Below are positions 1 through 10,708 of a DNA stretch of 64,000 bases, in pieces. The DNA is from Aliidiomarina sp. Lineage in GTDB: Bacteria > Pseudomonadota > Gammaproteobacteria > Enterobacterales > Alteromonadaceae. The stretch is taken from the NCBI RefSeq assembly GCF_022565475.1, contig NZ_JAIUMR010000004.1, positions 47,530 to 111,529 of the forward strand, written 5' to 3'. A program made the position numbers and the translations under genes. The notes beneath the pieces are model-generated. The model was not told the origin of the DNA. It ran no database searches and saw only the letters and a program-made list of their open reading frames with translations. Within the stretch, counting starts at the first letter, position 1, and each line of letters opens with the position of its first letter.

Positions 1-2
1 TC

Positions 3-1298
3 GATATTGGACTCGAAAAAGCGGCGTTCTTGCATGCGTCCGATATTATTACCCATATTGAAAATGTTGAAGAGCTCGACCGTGATCAGTTGCCTCCTGC
101 GGATATCTCGCAGCTCGTGCGTCAAGGCCAGCACATTATGGTGCAAGTGGTGAAAGACCCGCTCGGTACGAAAGGCGCACGTTTAACCACAGATATTACC
201 ATTCCGTCACGTTATTTAGTGTTAATGCCACGTTCGAAACATGTTGGCGTCTCGCAACGCATTGAAAGTGAAAGCGAGCGCGACCGTTTGCGGACGATTG
301 TTGAAGGGTGTTGTGACGACGATATCGGTTTCATTGTCCGCACCGCCGCTGAGGGCAGTGCCAGCGAAGAGCTCGAGCAGGATGCACAGTTTCTCAAGCG
401 CTTATGGAGCAAAATACAGGAACGGAAAAAGAAGAACTCAAAAGGCGGCATGCTTTATGAGGACTTAAATCTTGCTGCACGTGTATTGCGTGATTTTGTC
501 GGCGTTGAATTGGAACGAATTCGGGTGGATTCGCGTCTAAGCTTTCAACAGTTACAGGAATTTGTGGGTGAGTTCGTTCCGCAATTGACCGATCGTCTGG
601 AATCGTACGAAGGCGAACGCCCGATTTTTGATTTGTTTGATGTCGAGAATGAAATTCAACGCGCGCTCGATCGTCGTGTTCAGCTGAAGTCTGGTGGCTC
701 TTTGGTGATTGATCAAACTGAGGCAATGACCACGATTGATATTAATACCGGGGCTTTTGTTGGTCACCGTAATCTCGAAGACACGATTTTTAATACCAAC
801 ACTGAAGCGACTCAGGCGATTGCTCGACAACTGCGCTTGCGCAATTTAGGCGGGATTATCATTATCGACTTTATCGATATGCAGAATGAAGACCACAAAC
901 GGCGAGTGTTGCATAGTCTTGAGCTGGCGTTGGCCAAAGATCGGGCGAAAACGAGTATTAGTGGGTTCACCTCGTTAGGATTAGTGGAGCTCACGCGTAA
1001 GCGCACACGTGAAAGCCTTGAACACGTACTTTCGTCGGAATGTCCGGTATGTAAAGGCCGCGGCTCGATGAAAACAGTTGAAACTGTCTGTTTCGAGGTC
1101 ATGCGCGAGATCGTTCGAGTCAATCGGGCCTATGCGGCGGACAAATTTGTTGTGTATGCGTCAGCGGCCGTGTCAGAGCGACTGTTGAACGAGGAATCGC
1201 AAGCGCTGGCGGAACTTGAAGTGTTTGTTGGTAAACAAATAAGTATTCAAGTTGAACCTTTATACCATCAAGAGCAATTTGATGTGGTGATGATGTAG
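3..1298 (+). CDS. rng: Ribonuclease G (RNase E/G family), 5' truncated by window edge
   Basis: Frame is open from the window start (DIGLEKAAFLHASD). Contains QVVKDPLGTKGARLT, DINTG, LRNLGGIIIIDFIDM and the CPVC Zn-link. Confidence 0.96.
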   Translation, partial: DIGLEKAAFLHASDIITHIENVEELDRDQLPPADISQLVRQGQHIMVQVVKDPLGTKGARLTTDITIPSRYLVLMPRSKHVGVSQRIESESERDRLRTIVEGCCDDDIGFIVRTAAEGSASEELEQDAQFLKRLWSKIQERKKKNSKGGMLYEDLNLAARVLRDFVGVELERIRVDSRLSFQQLQEFVGEFVPQLTDRLESYEGERPIFDLFDVENEIQRALDRRVQLKSGGSLVIDQTEAMTTIDINTGAFVGHRNLEDTIFNTNTEATQAIARQLRLRNLGGIIIIDFIDMQNEDHKRRVLHSLELALAKDRAKTSISGFTSLGLVELTRKRTRESLEHVLSSECPVCKGRGSMKTVETVCFEVMREIVRVNRAYAADKFVVYASAAVSERLLNEESQALAELEVFVGKQISIQVEPLYHQEQFDVVMM

Positions 1299-4200
1299 TG
1301 ACGATAAGTAAGGTAGTGCATTATCTGATTCGTAAACTTTGGCTTACAATCGGAGTCCTTTTAGTAATTGCAGCGGTACTACTGAGTTTGGTCCGCTATG
1401 CTTTGCCGTACACGGAACGTTATCACGACGAATTAGCGACATATTTAAGTGAACAGCTTGACTACCAAGTGAGTTTTGCCAGCCTTCGCGCTGACTGGGT
1501 AAGCTCTGGTCCGACGCTAGTGATTGAAGAGCTTAACTTAAGTCCAAACGCTGACGATAGCGTCAATTTACACGTTGCCGAAGCCCGTGTCGGTGTTAAC
1601 TTCTGGCAAAGCCTGTGGCATTGGGAACTGCAGTTTAATCACTTCTCAGCCAGCGGTGCTGAGGTCGATATTCATGTGCAGGGCGACAACGATGTGCATG
1701 ATACCAACGCCACCCAAGACTTTCTCGAAAGTCTGTTTTTGCGGCAACTTGATCGATTTCAATTGCGCGATATTTTGTTACGCGTGTATCTCTATGAGCA
1801 AGCACCCCGTGAAATATTTATTAACACCCTGAGCTGGCAGCAACATGGTCACATGCGCCAAGCAACGGGTAGCTTCCGTGTTCCTGACGTCACCCGTAAT
1901 TCGCTCGATTTCATTCTCAATGTCGAAGGCGATCGTTTTGCTACTGCACGTGGCAGTATCTATGTCGACGCACAGAATCTCGACATTACGCCGTGGATTC
2001 AGCAATTAACCACAACCGCGCGATTCACCCGCGCTGAATTTAACCTGCAAGGCTGGCTAGACTTTAATCAAGGTCAGTTTGGCAACGGCCAATTGCATTT
2101 TAATCGTAATGTTGTAAGTTGGCGCCGGCATGGTGAAGAGCATTTTCTTACTACGCAACCGACGTCGTGGGTGTTGGTGCCCCAAGATACGGGCTGGCTA
2201 TTGAACAGTCAGCCCCTCGAAGTTCGCTTGGATGATCGCTCTTGGCTGCTCGATAAAGTCATCTGGGAATATGCTGAAGGCACCCATACATGGAATGCCG
2301 GTAATATTGAGCTGATTGATTTTAGTCCGCTTTGGAGCATGTTTGGTGCTCCAGGCGAAGTCCTTGCAGAATGGTCGGAGGGTTTGGCAACTCGTGGGGT
2401 CATTCGTGATTTGCAGGTCCGTTTTAGTCCCGAGCAGAACTGGCAATTTTATGCGCAAGCCGATGAACTCGACTGGCAACCACATCGGGGGGTGCCGGGG
2501 ATTTCAGGTTTGCAATTGGAAGTTTGGAGTACGCCTAACCGAGGTAATTTCGCTGTTGGTGGCAATGAAGTCCGTTTAAATTCACCGGCGACCTATAATG
2601 ACGACAAGGCCCTGACTGAACTCGACATTCGCGGTGGCTGGTTGCAAACCAATGGTGATTGGGTGTTTGACATCGACAGTGCCACTTTTGGTCTTCCGGG
2701 TGCAGAGATTCAGCAACGCTTGCGCGTCAGCGGTGGACAACAGGATGATGTCACCATGGACTGGCTTGTGGTTGGCGGCAGTCATGGCATGGCGGTCCTT
2801 GATGTTATTACGCTACTACCCTTACAAATGGGCGAGAATCTGGGTAATTACCTCACTGAGTCACTCTTGCACGGTGAAGTGGATGATTTGCGCATGGTGT
2901 GGCGGGGGCCGATCAACGGATTCCCGTATGATGCCGGCGAAGGTGTCTTTCAAGCGCAAGTGCAAATTAATCAACTCGGCTACAAGTTTCAGCAAAACTG
3001 GCCGGCTATTTTTGGAGCCCGGGCTGACGTTCGCTTTGTCGATCAACAGCTTGAAATTCGTACGAACGGGGGTGAAATTGCCGGTATTCCGCTGGATAAC
3101 GTGGCAGGCGTGATCAGCCAAGTTATTGGTCCGGAAGCGCCGCACCTTCACATCAAGACAAGTGTCACTGCCGAACCGCAGGCTCTACATGACCTGTTTG
3201 TGATGAGCCCGTTGGCGAATTCGGTGGCTGCGACCCTGAAGCAAGTGCAACTGCAAGATCACATCAACGGCTCATTCACATTGGATGTACCGTTAGAACC
3301 AGATGCGCAGGTTGCGGCCGTTGGTGAAGTTCAATTGGACGGTCAGTCCATTTATCTTACTGCTGTCGACATGTGGCTGAATGATATTCAAGGCGCATTA
3401 ACCTTTCATAACGACGAAATTCATTTCTCGACGCCGTCCGCACAATTGTTCGGGCAGCCGGTGGCAATTGAATTACAGGGAGAGTCGGTTGACGGCCGCT
3501 ATGAAATTCAATCTCAACTACGGGGTCGCTGGAATTTCCCCGAGCTCGCCGAGCGTTATCACACCTTCCCACTCTTGCCACGGTTAGCTGGCGATATGCC
3601 TTGGGATGCAGAGTTTACCCTTGGCCTTGGTGACACATTAACGTTGGCGCTGAACCTAGACGGTGATTTAGCCGAGAGTGTATTTGATCTGCCTGAACCA
3701 ATTGCCCATCAACACGGCAATAATCGTAGCGCAAACTTAGTCTTGACTATTGACGGTGATGATCTTCGCGCGACCGCGCAAATTGCCGATGTCATTCAAG
3801 CCCGTGCCGAAATGGTGTTAGGCAGTGGTGGTCTACATGCATTGGAATTGCAGCTGGGCGAGAGCTCTTATCCGGTCGCCGTTCGGCCTGATGATGGTTT
3901 TCATATTTATGCTGGTTTCGCACAAACAGACTTAGCACAATGGTTGCCGTTGATAGGTGAGCTCTATGTAGACTCTGATGCGCAAATTGCCGAATTAAAC
4001 GAGCCGCAGCGTGCTCTAGTACCGCCACTGTCTCAAATTGACGGTCGTGTCGAGACATTAAGCTGGTTTGGGCAAGCATTTCCAAATAGCGAAATTCGCG
4101 GTCGCAGTGTTGATAACGGTTGGCAAGTCGACTTAAACGCTGACAATACGAGAACGCGCGTTGATTGGAATGTATCTACACCCGGTCAACTTACCATTGG

Positions 4201-5215
4201 TGCTGACTTTCTCTATTTACAGGCGGCGACCATTGCTGAAAACGACGAAATTGGCGATGAAGAACCGCAACCAAGCAACCCTGAACTACTCGATAATTTA
4301 CCGCCGATTGCATTTAGTTGTCGTGTTTGCCGCTTTGAAGATCGTGACTTAGGTGAGGTGCGTTTGCGTTTACGGTCGGATTTAGGGCAACAAATTGAAC
4401 GCGTTGAAATGCGTCGCGGGCGCACGGTTTTGACGGCGAGTGGCGGCTGGATGCACGATGACGGTGAGAATCTAGCGACCTTTATTCAAGGAAATCTCAA
4501 CTCGAATAATATCGGCTCTTATTTGTCTGATCTAGGCTTTAGTTCGATCGTTCGTGACTCTGACTTGCAGCTGCGTTACGCATTAAATTGGCCTGGTCTG
4601 CCGACTGATTTTGATCGTGAACGCTTAAGTGGTGAAGTTGAGTGGCTGCTTGGTGCGGGCTATTTGCGCGATGTACCAGATGCCGCCCGGGTTTTTTCGG
4701 TTTTGAGTCTCGAAAGTGTGATTCGTAAATTGACACTCGATTTCCGTGACATTTTTGCGCGTGGTATGTTTTATTCGTCATTTGGTGGTACGTTGCAACT
4801 GAACGACGGGGTCGTGAGTACCAATAATACGCGGATGAATGGGGCCGCTGGTGATATGACGGTCGCTGGAACCACCAACTTAAGTACGGAAGCGATTCAT
4901 TACCAATTAACCTATGTGCCCAAGGTCACGTCGAGTATTCCAGTTTTATTGGCCTTTATGGTCAACCCACCCAGCGGCTTAGCGGCCTTGTTAATTGATC
5001 GCATGTTGCATGATGCGCAGGTTATTAGCCGATTGCAGTATGAAATTACAGGCACGATGAGCGAGCCGGTGGTCAATGAAGTCAGTCGCGACAGCAAAGA
5101 AGTAGAGCTGCCAGAAATGGCTGAGGATGTATTACCGCGAGAATTGCCCGCTAAAACTGAAGCTGAAATCGAGCGCCAACAGGAAAATCGAGAGGATAAC
5201 CATGGCTCAGATTAG
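1298..5215 (+). CDS. yhdP: YhdP, AsmA-like phospholipid transport bridge protein
   Basis: 1305 aa with an N-terminal TM helix, a beta-rich body and C-terminal LSLESVIRKLTLDFRDIF/G..YSSF motif. GTG start overlaps the rng stop; conserved rng-yhdP position. Confidence 0.93.
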   Translation: MTISKVVHYLIRKLWLTIGVLLVIAAVLLSLVRYALPYTERYHDELATYLSEQLDYQVSFASLRADWVSSGPTLVIEELNLSPNADDSVNLHVAEARVGVNFWQSLWHWELQFNHFSASGAEVDIHVQGDNDVHDTNATQDFLESLFLRQLDRFQLRDILLRVYLYEQAPREIFINTLSWQQHGHMRQATGSFRVPDVTRNSLDFILNVEGDRFATARGSIYVDAQNLDITPWIQQLTTTARFTRAEFNLQGWLDFNQGQFGNGQLHFNRNVVSWRRHGEEHFLTTQPTSWVLVPQDTGWLLNSQPLEVRLDDRSWLLDKVIWEYAEGTHTWNAGNIELIDFSPLWSMFGAPGEVLAEWSEGLATRGVIRDLQVRFSPEQNWQFYAQADELDWQPHRGVPGISGLQLEVWSTPNRGNFAVGGNEVRLNSPATYNDDKALTELDIRGGWLQTNGDWVFDIDSATFGLPGAEIQQRLRVSGGQQDDVTMDWLVVGGSHGMAVLDVITLLPLQMGENLGNYLTESLLHGEVDDLRMVWRGPINGFPYDAGEGVFQAQVQINQLGYKFQQNWPAIFGARADVRFVDQQLEIRTNGGEIAGIPLDNVAGVISQVIGPEAPHLHIKTSVTAEPQALHDLFVMSPLANSVAATLKQVQLQDHINGSFTLDVPLEPDAQVAAVGEVQLDGQSIYLTAVDMWLNDIQGALTFHNDEIHFSTPSAQLFGQPVAIELQGESVDGRYEIQSQLRGRWNFPELAERYHTFPLLPRLAGDMPWDAEFTLGLGDTLTLALNLDGDLAESVFDLPEPIAHQHGNNRSANLVLTIDGDDLRATAQIADVIQARAEMVLGSGGLHALELQLGESSYPVAVRPDDGFHIYAGFAQTDLAQWLPLIGELYVDSDAQIAELNEPQRALVPPLSQIDGRVETLSWFGQAFPNSEIRGRSVDNGWQVDLNADNTRTRVDWNVSTPGQLTIGADFLYLQAATIAENDEIGDEEPQPSNPELLDNLPPIAFSCRVCRFEDRDLGEVRLRLRSDLGQQIERVEMRRGRTVLTASGGWMHDDGENLATFIQGNLNSNNIGSYLSDLGFSSIVRDSDLQLRYALNWPGLPTDFDRERLSGEVEWLLGAGYLRDVPDAARVFSVLSLESVIRKLTLDFRDIFARGMFYSSFGGTLQLNDGVVSTNNTRMNGAAGDMTVAGTTNLSTEAIHYQLTYVPKVTSSIPVLLAFMVNPPSGLAALLIDRMLHDAQVISRLQYEITGTMSEPVVNEVSRDSKEVELPEMAEDVLPRELPAKTEAEIERQQENREDNHGSD

Positions 5216-6044
5216 TTTATTGCAATGGACCTCACGTCGTGATTGGTCGGCCAATAAGGATTTCATCGAACAGCAACTTGAACAACTCAAGGGCGTTGAG
5301 AAGCCGCACTTGGTGATCCTGCCCGAGGCATTTTCCCGTTTTGGTGCCGGTGAATCGGCTCAAGGTCGCTTTGCTGAAACGTTTGGACAAGGTGAAGTGC
5401 AATCCTTCATCAGCGAATGCGCAGCGAAGTATCAGGTTTGGATTCTTGCTGGAACCCTGCCGATTGATGAGGGCGAGCGCTATGCCGCAGCATCGCTCTT
5501 GTTTGACGATCAGGGCAAGCTGCACGCCAGGTATGATAAAATCCATTTGTTTGATGCTGATGTCGATGACGAGACGAAAAGTTATCGCGAGTCAAAGTAT
5601 ACGCGCCCCGGAAAAGAGTTAGTGGTGGTGGAAACACCATTCGGCCGACTCGGTCTGGCAGTCTGTTATGATTTGCGTTTCCCCGAACAGTTTCGGGCGT
5701 TGCGCCAACAAGGCGCTGAGTTAATTGCATTGCCCTCGGCGTTTACCAAAGTAACCGGCGCTGCCCATTGGCAAGCCTTAATTCAAGCTCGAGCGATAGA
5801 GAATCAAGTCTACCTGCTGGCGCCTAATCAAACGGGTCGTCATGACGACGGCCGAGAAACATGGGGGCATTCCATGGTGGTCGACCCTTGGGGTCGGGTC
5901 GTTGCTGAGCTTGATCGGGAACCGGGAAGCTTAACCATTCAAGCCGATTTAGAAGAACTTCATGCACTGCGTCAACGGATGCGAGTGCAACAACACAATC
6001 AATTTGAGGTGCGTTTCATTGAAGATACCAACGCCAGTCGCTGA
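5202..6044 (+). CDS. Carbon-nitrogen hydrolase (Nit1-like, putative deaminated-glutathione amidase)
   Basis: Glu-Lys-Cys triad in [13 protein letters not shown] and VCYDLRFPE. Start placed at ATG 5202 after GAGGA; usual position between yhdP and tldD. Confidence 0.9.
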   Translation: MAQISLLQWTSRRDWSANKDFIEQQLEQLKGVEKPHLVILPEAFSRFGAGESAQGRFAETFGQGEVQSFISECAAKYQVWILAGTLPIDEGERYAAASLLFDDQGKLHARYDKIHLFDADVDDETKSYRESKYTRPGKELVVVETPFGRLGLAVCYDLRFPEQFRALRQQGAELIALPSAFTKVTGAAHWQALIQARAIENQVYLLAPNQTGRHDDGRETWGHSMVVDPWGRVVAELDREPGSLTIQADLEELHALRQRMRVQQHNQFEVRFIEDTNASR

Positions 6045-7491
6045 ACAGTTGTTGGCTCCGGGGCAACTCGATGAGTCTATGTTACAGCAGTGCCTGCATG
6101 ATTTAGCCGGTGCGCGGATCGATTATGCCGACATCTATTTGCAAAGTAGTAGCCATGAGGCTTGGGTACTGGAAGATAGTATTGTCAAAAGTGGCAGTTT
6201 TAGTATTGAAAGTGGTTTAGGTATTCGCGCGATTAGTGGCGAGAAAACCGGCTTTGCCTATGCAGACAGTATTGATCCAGCCGCGCTGACGCGAGCGGCA
6301 CAGGCAGCGAAAGGTATTGCCGACCAAGGCGGCGACGGAAAAGCGAAAGTCTTAACGACCGTGACGACGCATGATTTGTATCAACCGGAAAACCCACTCT
6401 CCAGTCTCAGCGAAAGTAAAAAAATAGCCTTGCTACAGGCGATGGATAAACATGCGCGCAAGGCCGATCCACGCATTAAAGAAGTGACGGTTAGCCTCAC
6501 GGGCGTATATGAGCATATCCTAGTAGCGGCAACTGACGGTACTTTAGCAACCGATATTCGCCCCCTAGTGCGTTTGAATTGTAGCGTGCTCGCGGAGCAA
6601 AACGGGCGGCGTGAGCGTGGTTCTTCCGGCGGCGGCGGCCGCGTCAATTATCATTATTTCTTTGAGCCAGTCTGGCTTGATGCGAACGAGGCCAATAGCG
6701 AGCAGCCGCGGTATTTGAGCTTTGTGGATGAAGCCGTGCGGCAAGCCTTGATTATGCTTGAAGCGAAACCAGCACCAGCTGGAACTATGCCAGTTGTGCT
6801 CGGTAACGGTTGGCCAGGTGTGTTGCTTCATGAAGCTGTAGGGCATGGGCTGGAAGGGGATTTCAACCGGAAAGGTTCGTCAGCGTATGCCGGCCGGATT
6901 GGTGAACAGGTGGCCGCGAAAGGTTGTACCATTGTCGATGACGGCACCCTCGCGAATCGCCGAGGCTCACTGCAGGTCGACGACGAAGGTACGCCAACAC
7001 AGCATAATGTTTTGATCGAGGACGGTCGTCTGGTTGGCTATATGCAGGACAAGTTGAATGCTCGGTTGATGGGAGTGGCGCCGACCGGAAATGGCCGTCG
7101 CGAGTCCTATGCACACTTGCCCATGCCACGCATGACGAATACCTATATGCTCGCTGGCGAGCATCATCCCGATGAAATGATAGCGTCGGTAAAACGTGGA
7201 ATCTATGCGCCGCAGTTTAGTGGTGGCCAAGTCGATATCACCTCCGGCAAGTTCGTGTTTTCCGCGTCAGAAGCCTATCTCATTGAGGATGGCAAATTAA
7301 CCGCGCCACTGAAAGGTGCGACACTGATCGGCAATGGCCCGGAAGCGATGGCACGAGTTTCTATGGTCGGGAATGACTTGGCATTAGATACAGGCATTGG
7401 TGTTTGCGGTAAAGACGGTCAAAGCGTACCGGTTGGCGTCGGCCAACCGACGTTGAAGATTGATGCAATGACGGTTGGTGGTACGGAATGA
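6019..7491 (+). CDS. tldD: Metalloprotease TldD
   Basis: HEAVGH zinc motif, RMTNTY and C-terminal [15 protein letters not shown]. Start placed at TTG 6019, 8 nt after GAGGT (start inferred). Confidence 0.95.
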   Translation: MKIPTPVAEQLLAPGQLDESMLQQCLHDLAGARIDYADIYLQSSSHEAWVLEDSIVKSGSFSIESGLGIRAISGEKTGFAYADSIDPAALTRAAQAAKGIADQGGDGKAKVLTTVTTHDLYQPENPLSSLSESKKIALLQAMDKHARKADPRIKEVTVSLTGVYEHILVAATDGTLATDIRPLVRLNCSVLAEQNGRRERGSSGGGGRVNYHYFFEPVWLDANEANSEQPRYLSFVDEAVRQALIMLEAKPAPAGTMPVVLGNGWPGVLLHEAVGHGLEGDFNRKGSSAYAGRIGEQVAAKGCTIVDDGTLANRRGSLQVDDEGTPTQHNVLIEDGRLVGYMQDKLNARLMGVAPTGNGRRESYAHLPMPRMTNTYMLAGEHHPDEMIASVKRGIYAPQFSGGQVDITSGKFVFSASEAYLIEDGKLTAPLKGATLIGNGPEAMARVSMVGNDLALDTGIGVCGKDGQSVPVGVGQPTLKIDAMTVGGTE

Positions 7492-7526
7492 AGCAGCGAA
7501 GCCGGGTGGCCTCGCCGCTGGTTGGG

Positions 7527-8063
7527 TTACTCGGCAACTGAGCGAATATATTTAAAGAGAGCGCGTGCGGCAGCCGGTGGTTTGTTCTGCTCTTGTTCTT
7601 TTTTGGCTTGTCGTACCCAGTTCCGTAATTGTTGACGGTCAGCAGTTGGATATTGGTCGATAAAGGCTTGAATGCCATCATCGCCAGAACTCAGAATGCG
7701 TTCGCGCCATTGCTCGAGTGCATGGAAATGGGCGGCTTCGTAGAGTGCACGGTTTTCGATTTTATCAATGGCGCTCAATAGTGCGTCGGTGTCGCGTTGC
7801 CGTAACAGCTTGGCTAAAAACTGAAGTTGACGGCGATAGCCTTCGCGCTTGTTGGAAATTTTTTGCGCAAGTTTAACGGCAGCGTGTAACTCATCATCCA
7901 GCGGTAGTTGTTTGAGAGTGTTACTGCCCATATTCACCAGTTTCACGCCGAGGTCGTGCATTGCTGCCGCTTCGCGCTTTAATTGTGTTTTGCTGACATC
8001 GTCAGCGGATAGGAATTCATCCTGATCGTCGTATTGCATGAGCGTATCCACATAGTCATTCAT
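7527..8063 (-). CDS. yjgA: Ribosome biogenesis factor DarP/YjgA (DUF615)
   Basis: SKTQLKRE, RRQLQFLAKLLR, ADRQQLRN and ARALFKYIR motifs; lies between tldD and pmbA. Confidence 0.92.
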   Translation of the reverse strand: MNDYVDTLMQYDDQDEFLSADDVSKTQLKREAAAMHDLGVKLVNMGSNTLKQLPLDDELHAAVKLAQKISNKREGYRRQLQFLAKLLRQRDTDALLSAIDKIENRALYEAAHFHALEQWRERILSSGDDGIQAFIDQYPTADRQQLRNWVRQAKKEQEQNKPPAAARALFKYIRSVAE

Positions 8064-8131
8064 TACGACTAGTTTATCAGGAACTGCGCCGCCGTGGTAT
8101 CGGTGCGCAGTTCTAAGAAAAAGGCGATTTC

Positions 8132-9529
8132 ATGACTGAAGAAGTAAAATTGGCAACAATGACTGCGAAAGAGCAGCTACAACCGGATTTAGACCGTGCA
8201 GTGACCGCGGTCGAGGAAGCTTTAGCGCAGGCAAAAAAGGCTGGCGCGAGTGCTGCCGAGTGTGCGATTTCTCATAGCCGTGGCTTGAGTGTATCGACGC
8301 GCCTGGCCGAAGTCGAAACCGTGGAATTTAATCAGGACGGCTCGCTCGGTATCACCGTCTACCGGCGACACAAAGATGGCTCGCAGAGTAAGGGAAGTGC
8401 AAGTACTTCGGATCTTTCGCCGCAAGCGATTCACGCAACTGTTGAAAAGGCCGATGCGATTGCGCGCTGGACTGAAGCAGACCCGGCAGCCGGCCTCGCT
8501 GACCGCGAGCTCATGGCGTTTGGTTATAAGGACCCGAGTTTATTTTATCCAGCACCACAATCGCCAGAGCATGCTGCCGAAGTTGCCTTGGCGTGTGAGC
8601 AAACGATGCTCAATACGGATCCGCGTATTGTGAATTCCGATGGTGCGCATTACAGCAGTCACTGCGGCTTCCGTGTCTATGGTAACAGCCATGACTTCTT
8701 AGGCCATTACATGAGCTCGCGCCAGAGTTTGAGCTGTATGCCCATTGCCAAAGAAGGTGACGCGATGGAGCGCGACTATGCCTACACGATCGCCCGTGAC
8801 CCAAGCCAACTCCTTGCTCCAGACGCAGTTGCACGCGAGGCTGTGGCGAATACCGTGGCTCGCCTCGGCGCTCGCTCGATTGCCACCTGCTCGGTGCCGG
8901 TAATTTTCCATCGTGATCTCGCGCATCACCTTTTCGGTCAGTTTGCAGGTGCAATTAGCGGCGGCAATTTGTATCGGAAAAGTACGTTTTTACTCGACCA
9001 TTTAGGCAAGCAAGTTTTTCCAACCTGGTTAAATATTCATGAAGATCCATTATTGGCGGGCGGCTTGGCCAGTAGCCCATTTGACCATGAAGGGGTTCGC
9101 ACACAGGCGCGCGATATCGTCAACGATGGTGTTGTAAGTAGCTACTTACTTACAAGCTATGCGGCAAGAAAGCTGGGGATGCAGAGTACGGGCCATGCTG
9201 GCGGTATTCACAACTGGTCTATTCGCGCCGATCAAAAGCATACAACCGCTGGACTTGACGCTTTATGTCAGCAAATGGGGACGGGTTTGTTAGTGACGGA
9301 ACTCATGGGGCAGGGTGTCAATTTGGTGACCGGTGACTATAGCCGCGGCGCAGCCGGTTTTTGGGTTGAAAATGGTGAAATTCAATTCCCCGTGACGGAA
9401 GTGACAGTTGCTGGAAACTTGCGTGATCTATTTGCCAATATCGTCGCGATTGGTGACGATGTCGATCCTCGTCATGGCGTGTTGACCGGTTCGGTACTGG
9501 TCGAAAAGATGAAAGTGGCGGGACAATAA
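8132..9529 (+). CDS. pmbA: Metalloprotease PmbA (TldE)
   Basis: SSPFDHEGV, STGHAGG, GQGVNLVTGDYSRGAAGFWVENGEI motifs. The start could alternatively be ATG 8159. Confidence 0.95.
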   Translation: MTEEVKLATMTAKEQLQPDLDRAVTAVEEALAQAKKAGASAAECAISHSRGLSVSTRLAEVETVEFNQDGSLGITVYRRHKDGSQSKGSASTSDLSPQAIHATVEKADAIARWTEADPAAGLADRELMAFGYKDPSLFYPAPQSPEHAAEVALACEQTMLNTDPRIVNSDGAHYSSHCGFRVYGNSHDFLGHYMSSRQSLSCMPIAKEGDAMERDYAYTIARDPSQLLAPDAVAREAVANTVARLGARSIATCSVPVIFHRDLAHHLFGQFAGAISGGNLYRKSTFLLDHLGKQVFPTWLNIHEDPLLAGGLASSPFDHEGVRTQARDIVNDGVVSSYLLTSYAARKLGMQSTGHAGGIHNWSIRADQKHTTAGLDALCQQMGTGLLVTELMGQGVNLVTGDYSRGAAGFWVENGEIQFPVTEVTVAGNLRDLFANIVAIGDDVDPRHGVLTGSVLVEKMKVAGQ

Positions 9530-9542
9530 GTCTTGTTTCGGG

Positions 9543-9566
9543 ATAGCTCTGCATATGCAGAGCTAT
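9543..9566. repeat. Perfect 24-bp palindrome between convergent pmbA and npr
   Basis: ATAGCTCTGCAT|ATGCAGAGCTAT, with no U-tract on either strand. Confidence 0.85.
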
Positions 9567-9581
9567 TCTCGACACAGACGA

Positions 9582-9857
9582 TTACTCGTCTTCGTCAAAG
9601 CGGTCGTGAATCAGCTGGGTAATCGCGTCCAGTGCGAGCTCTGCATCGGGACCTACCGCTTTAACCTGAATTTCTTTGCCTTGCTGACTAGCGAGAAGCA
9701 TTAATCCCATAACACTGCTCGCATCGACAGACTTTTCACCTTGACCAATCGTAACCTTAGCATCAAATTGACTAGCAAGTTTTGCCAGCTTTGTTGCTGC
9801 ACGGGCATGCAGTCCAAGCTTATTACGGATCAGAACATTTCGGCAGACTTCGGTCAT
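9582..9857 (-). CDS. npr: Phosphocarrier protein NPr (HPr family)
   Basis: GLHARAA phospho-His motif and DASSVMGL; last gene of the rpoN operon. Confidence 0.93.
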   Translation of the reverse strand: MTEVCRNVLIRNKLGLHARAATKLAKLASQFDAKVTIGQGEKSVDASSVMGLMLLASQQGKEIQVKAVGPDAELALDAITQLIHDRFDEDE

Positions 9858-10708
9858 GCTTTTTTCCGATCCAGTTCACGGTGTTTAACCCGGATATTCG
9901 GGTGCTGATCTTTCAACAAGGCGGCCAAGGTTTCAGCAATGTAAACCGAGCGATGCTGTCCGCCGGTGCAGCCGACAGCCACCGTTAAATAACTGCGGTT
10001 ACTGCGTTGGAAATAGGGTAGCCACGTACTGATAAATGTCTCGGTTTGATGAATAAACTTGGTGACTAATGGCTGTTGGCTCAAATAGTGTTGGACTGGC
10101 GCATCAAGCCCAGTAAACGGTCGTAGTTCAGGTTCCCAATGCGGGTTCGGCAAAATTCGAGCGTCAAAGACAGTGTCGGCCGTCGTGGGTAAGCCGTGCT
10201 TGAAGCCAAACGACATGAGTACGAGTATTAACTGATTTTGCGTACGACCGAGCACGCGTTCATTGACCTGTTCAATCAGTTCGTGAACACTCATGTCGCT
10301 GCTGTCTAAACGCCACGTCGCCATGGCCGCCAATGGCTCAATAATTTTACCTTCCGTTGCAATCGCATCGGCCAATGTGGCCTGATTGCGCGAAAGGGGA
10401 TGCATCCGACGCGTTTCACCGTAGCGGCGGATCAGAACTTCATCATTCGCATCAATAAACAGCACTTCGGCTTTTACCTCGTTCGGCAAAAAGTCGAGAC
10501 TTTCATTTAAATCTTTAATATCGGCTTCAAGGTTACGTACATCAATGCTAATTGCGATATTCTCAAAGCGCCCAGTCACCGTATGCACCAATGTCGGCAA
10601 CAATGCGACCGGTAGGTTGTCAACGCAATAGAAGCCTAGGTCTTCGAGTGCTCGCAGCGCAATGGTTTTACCTGAACCCGAACGACCACTGACAATGATC
10701 AATTGCAT
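9854..10708 (-). CDS. rapZ: RNase adapter RapZ
   Basis: SGRSGSGK P-loop, GFYCVDNLP, SFGFKHG and GCTGGQHRSV. Confidence 0.96.
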   Translation of the reverse strand: MQLIIVSGRSGSGKTIALRALEDLGFYCVDNLPVALLPTLVHTVTGRFENIAISIDVRNLEADIKDLNESLDFLPNEVKAEVLFIDANDEVLIRRYGETRRMHPLSRNQATLADAIATEGKIIEPLAAMATWRLDSSDMSVHELIEQVNERVLGRTQNQLILVLMSFGFKHGLPTTADTVFDARILPNPHWEPELRPFTGLDAPVQHYLSQQPLVTKFIHQTETFISTWLPYFQRSNRSYLTVAVGCTGGQHRSVYIAETLAALLKDQHPNIRVKHRELDRKKA

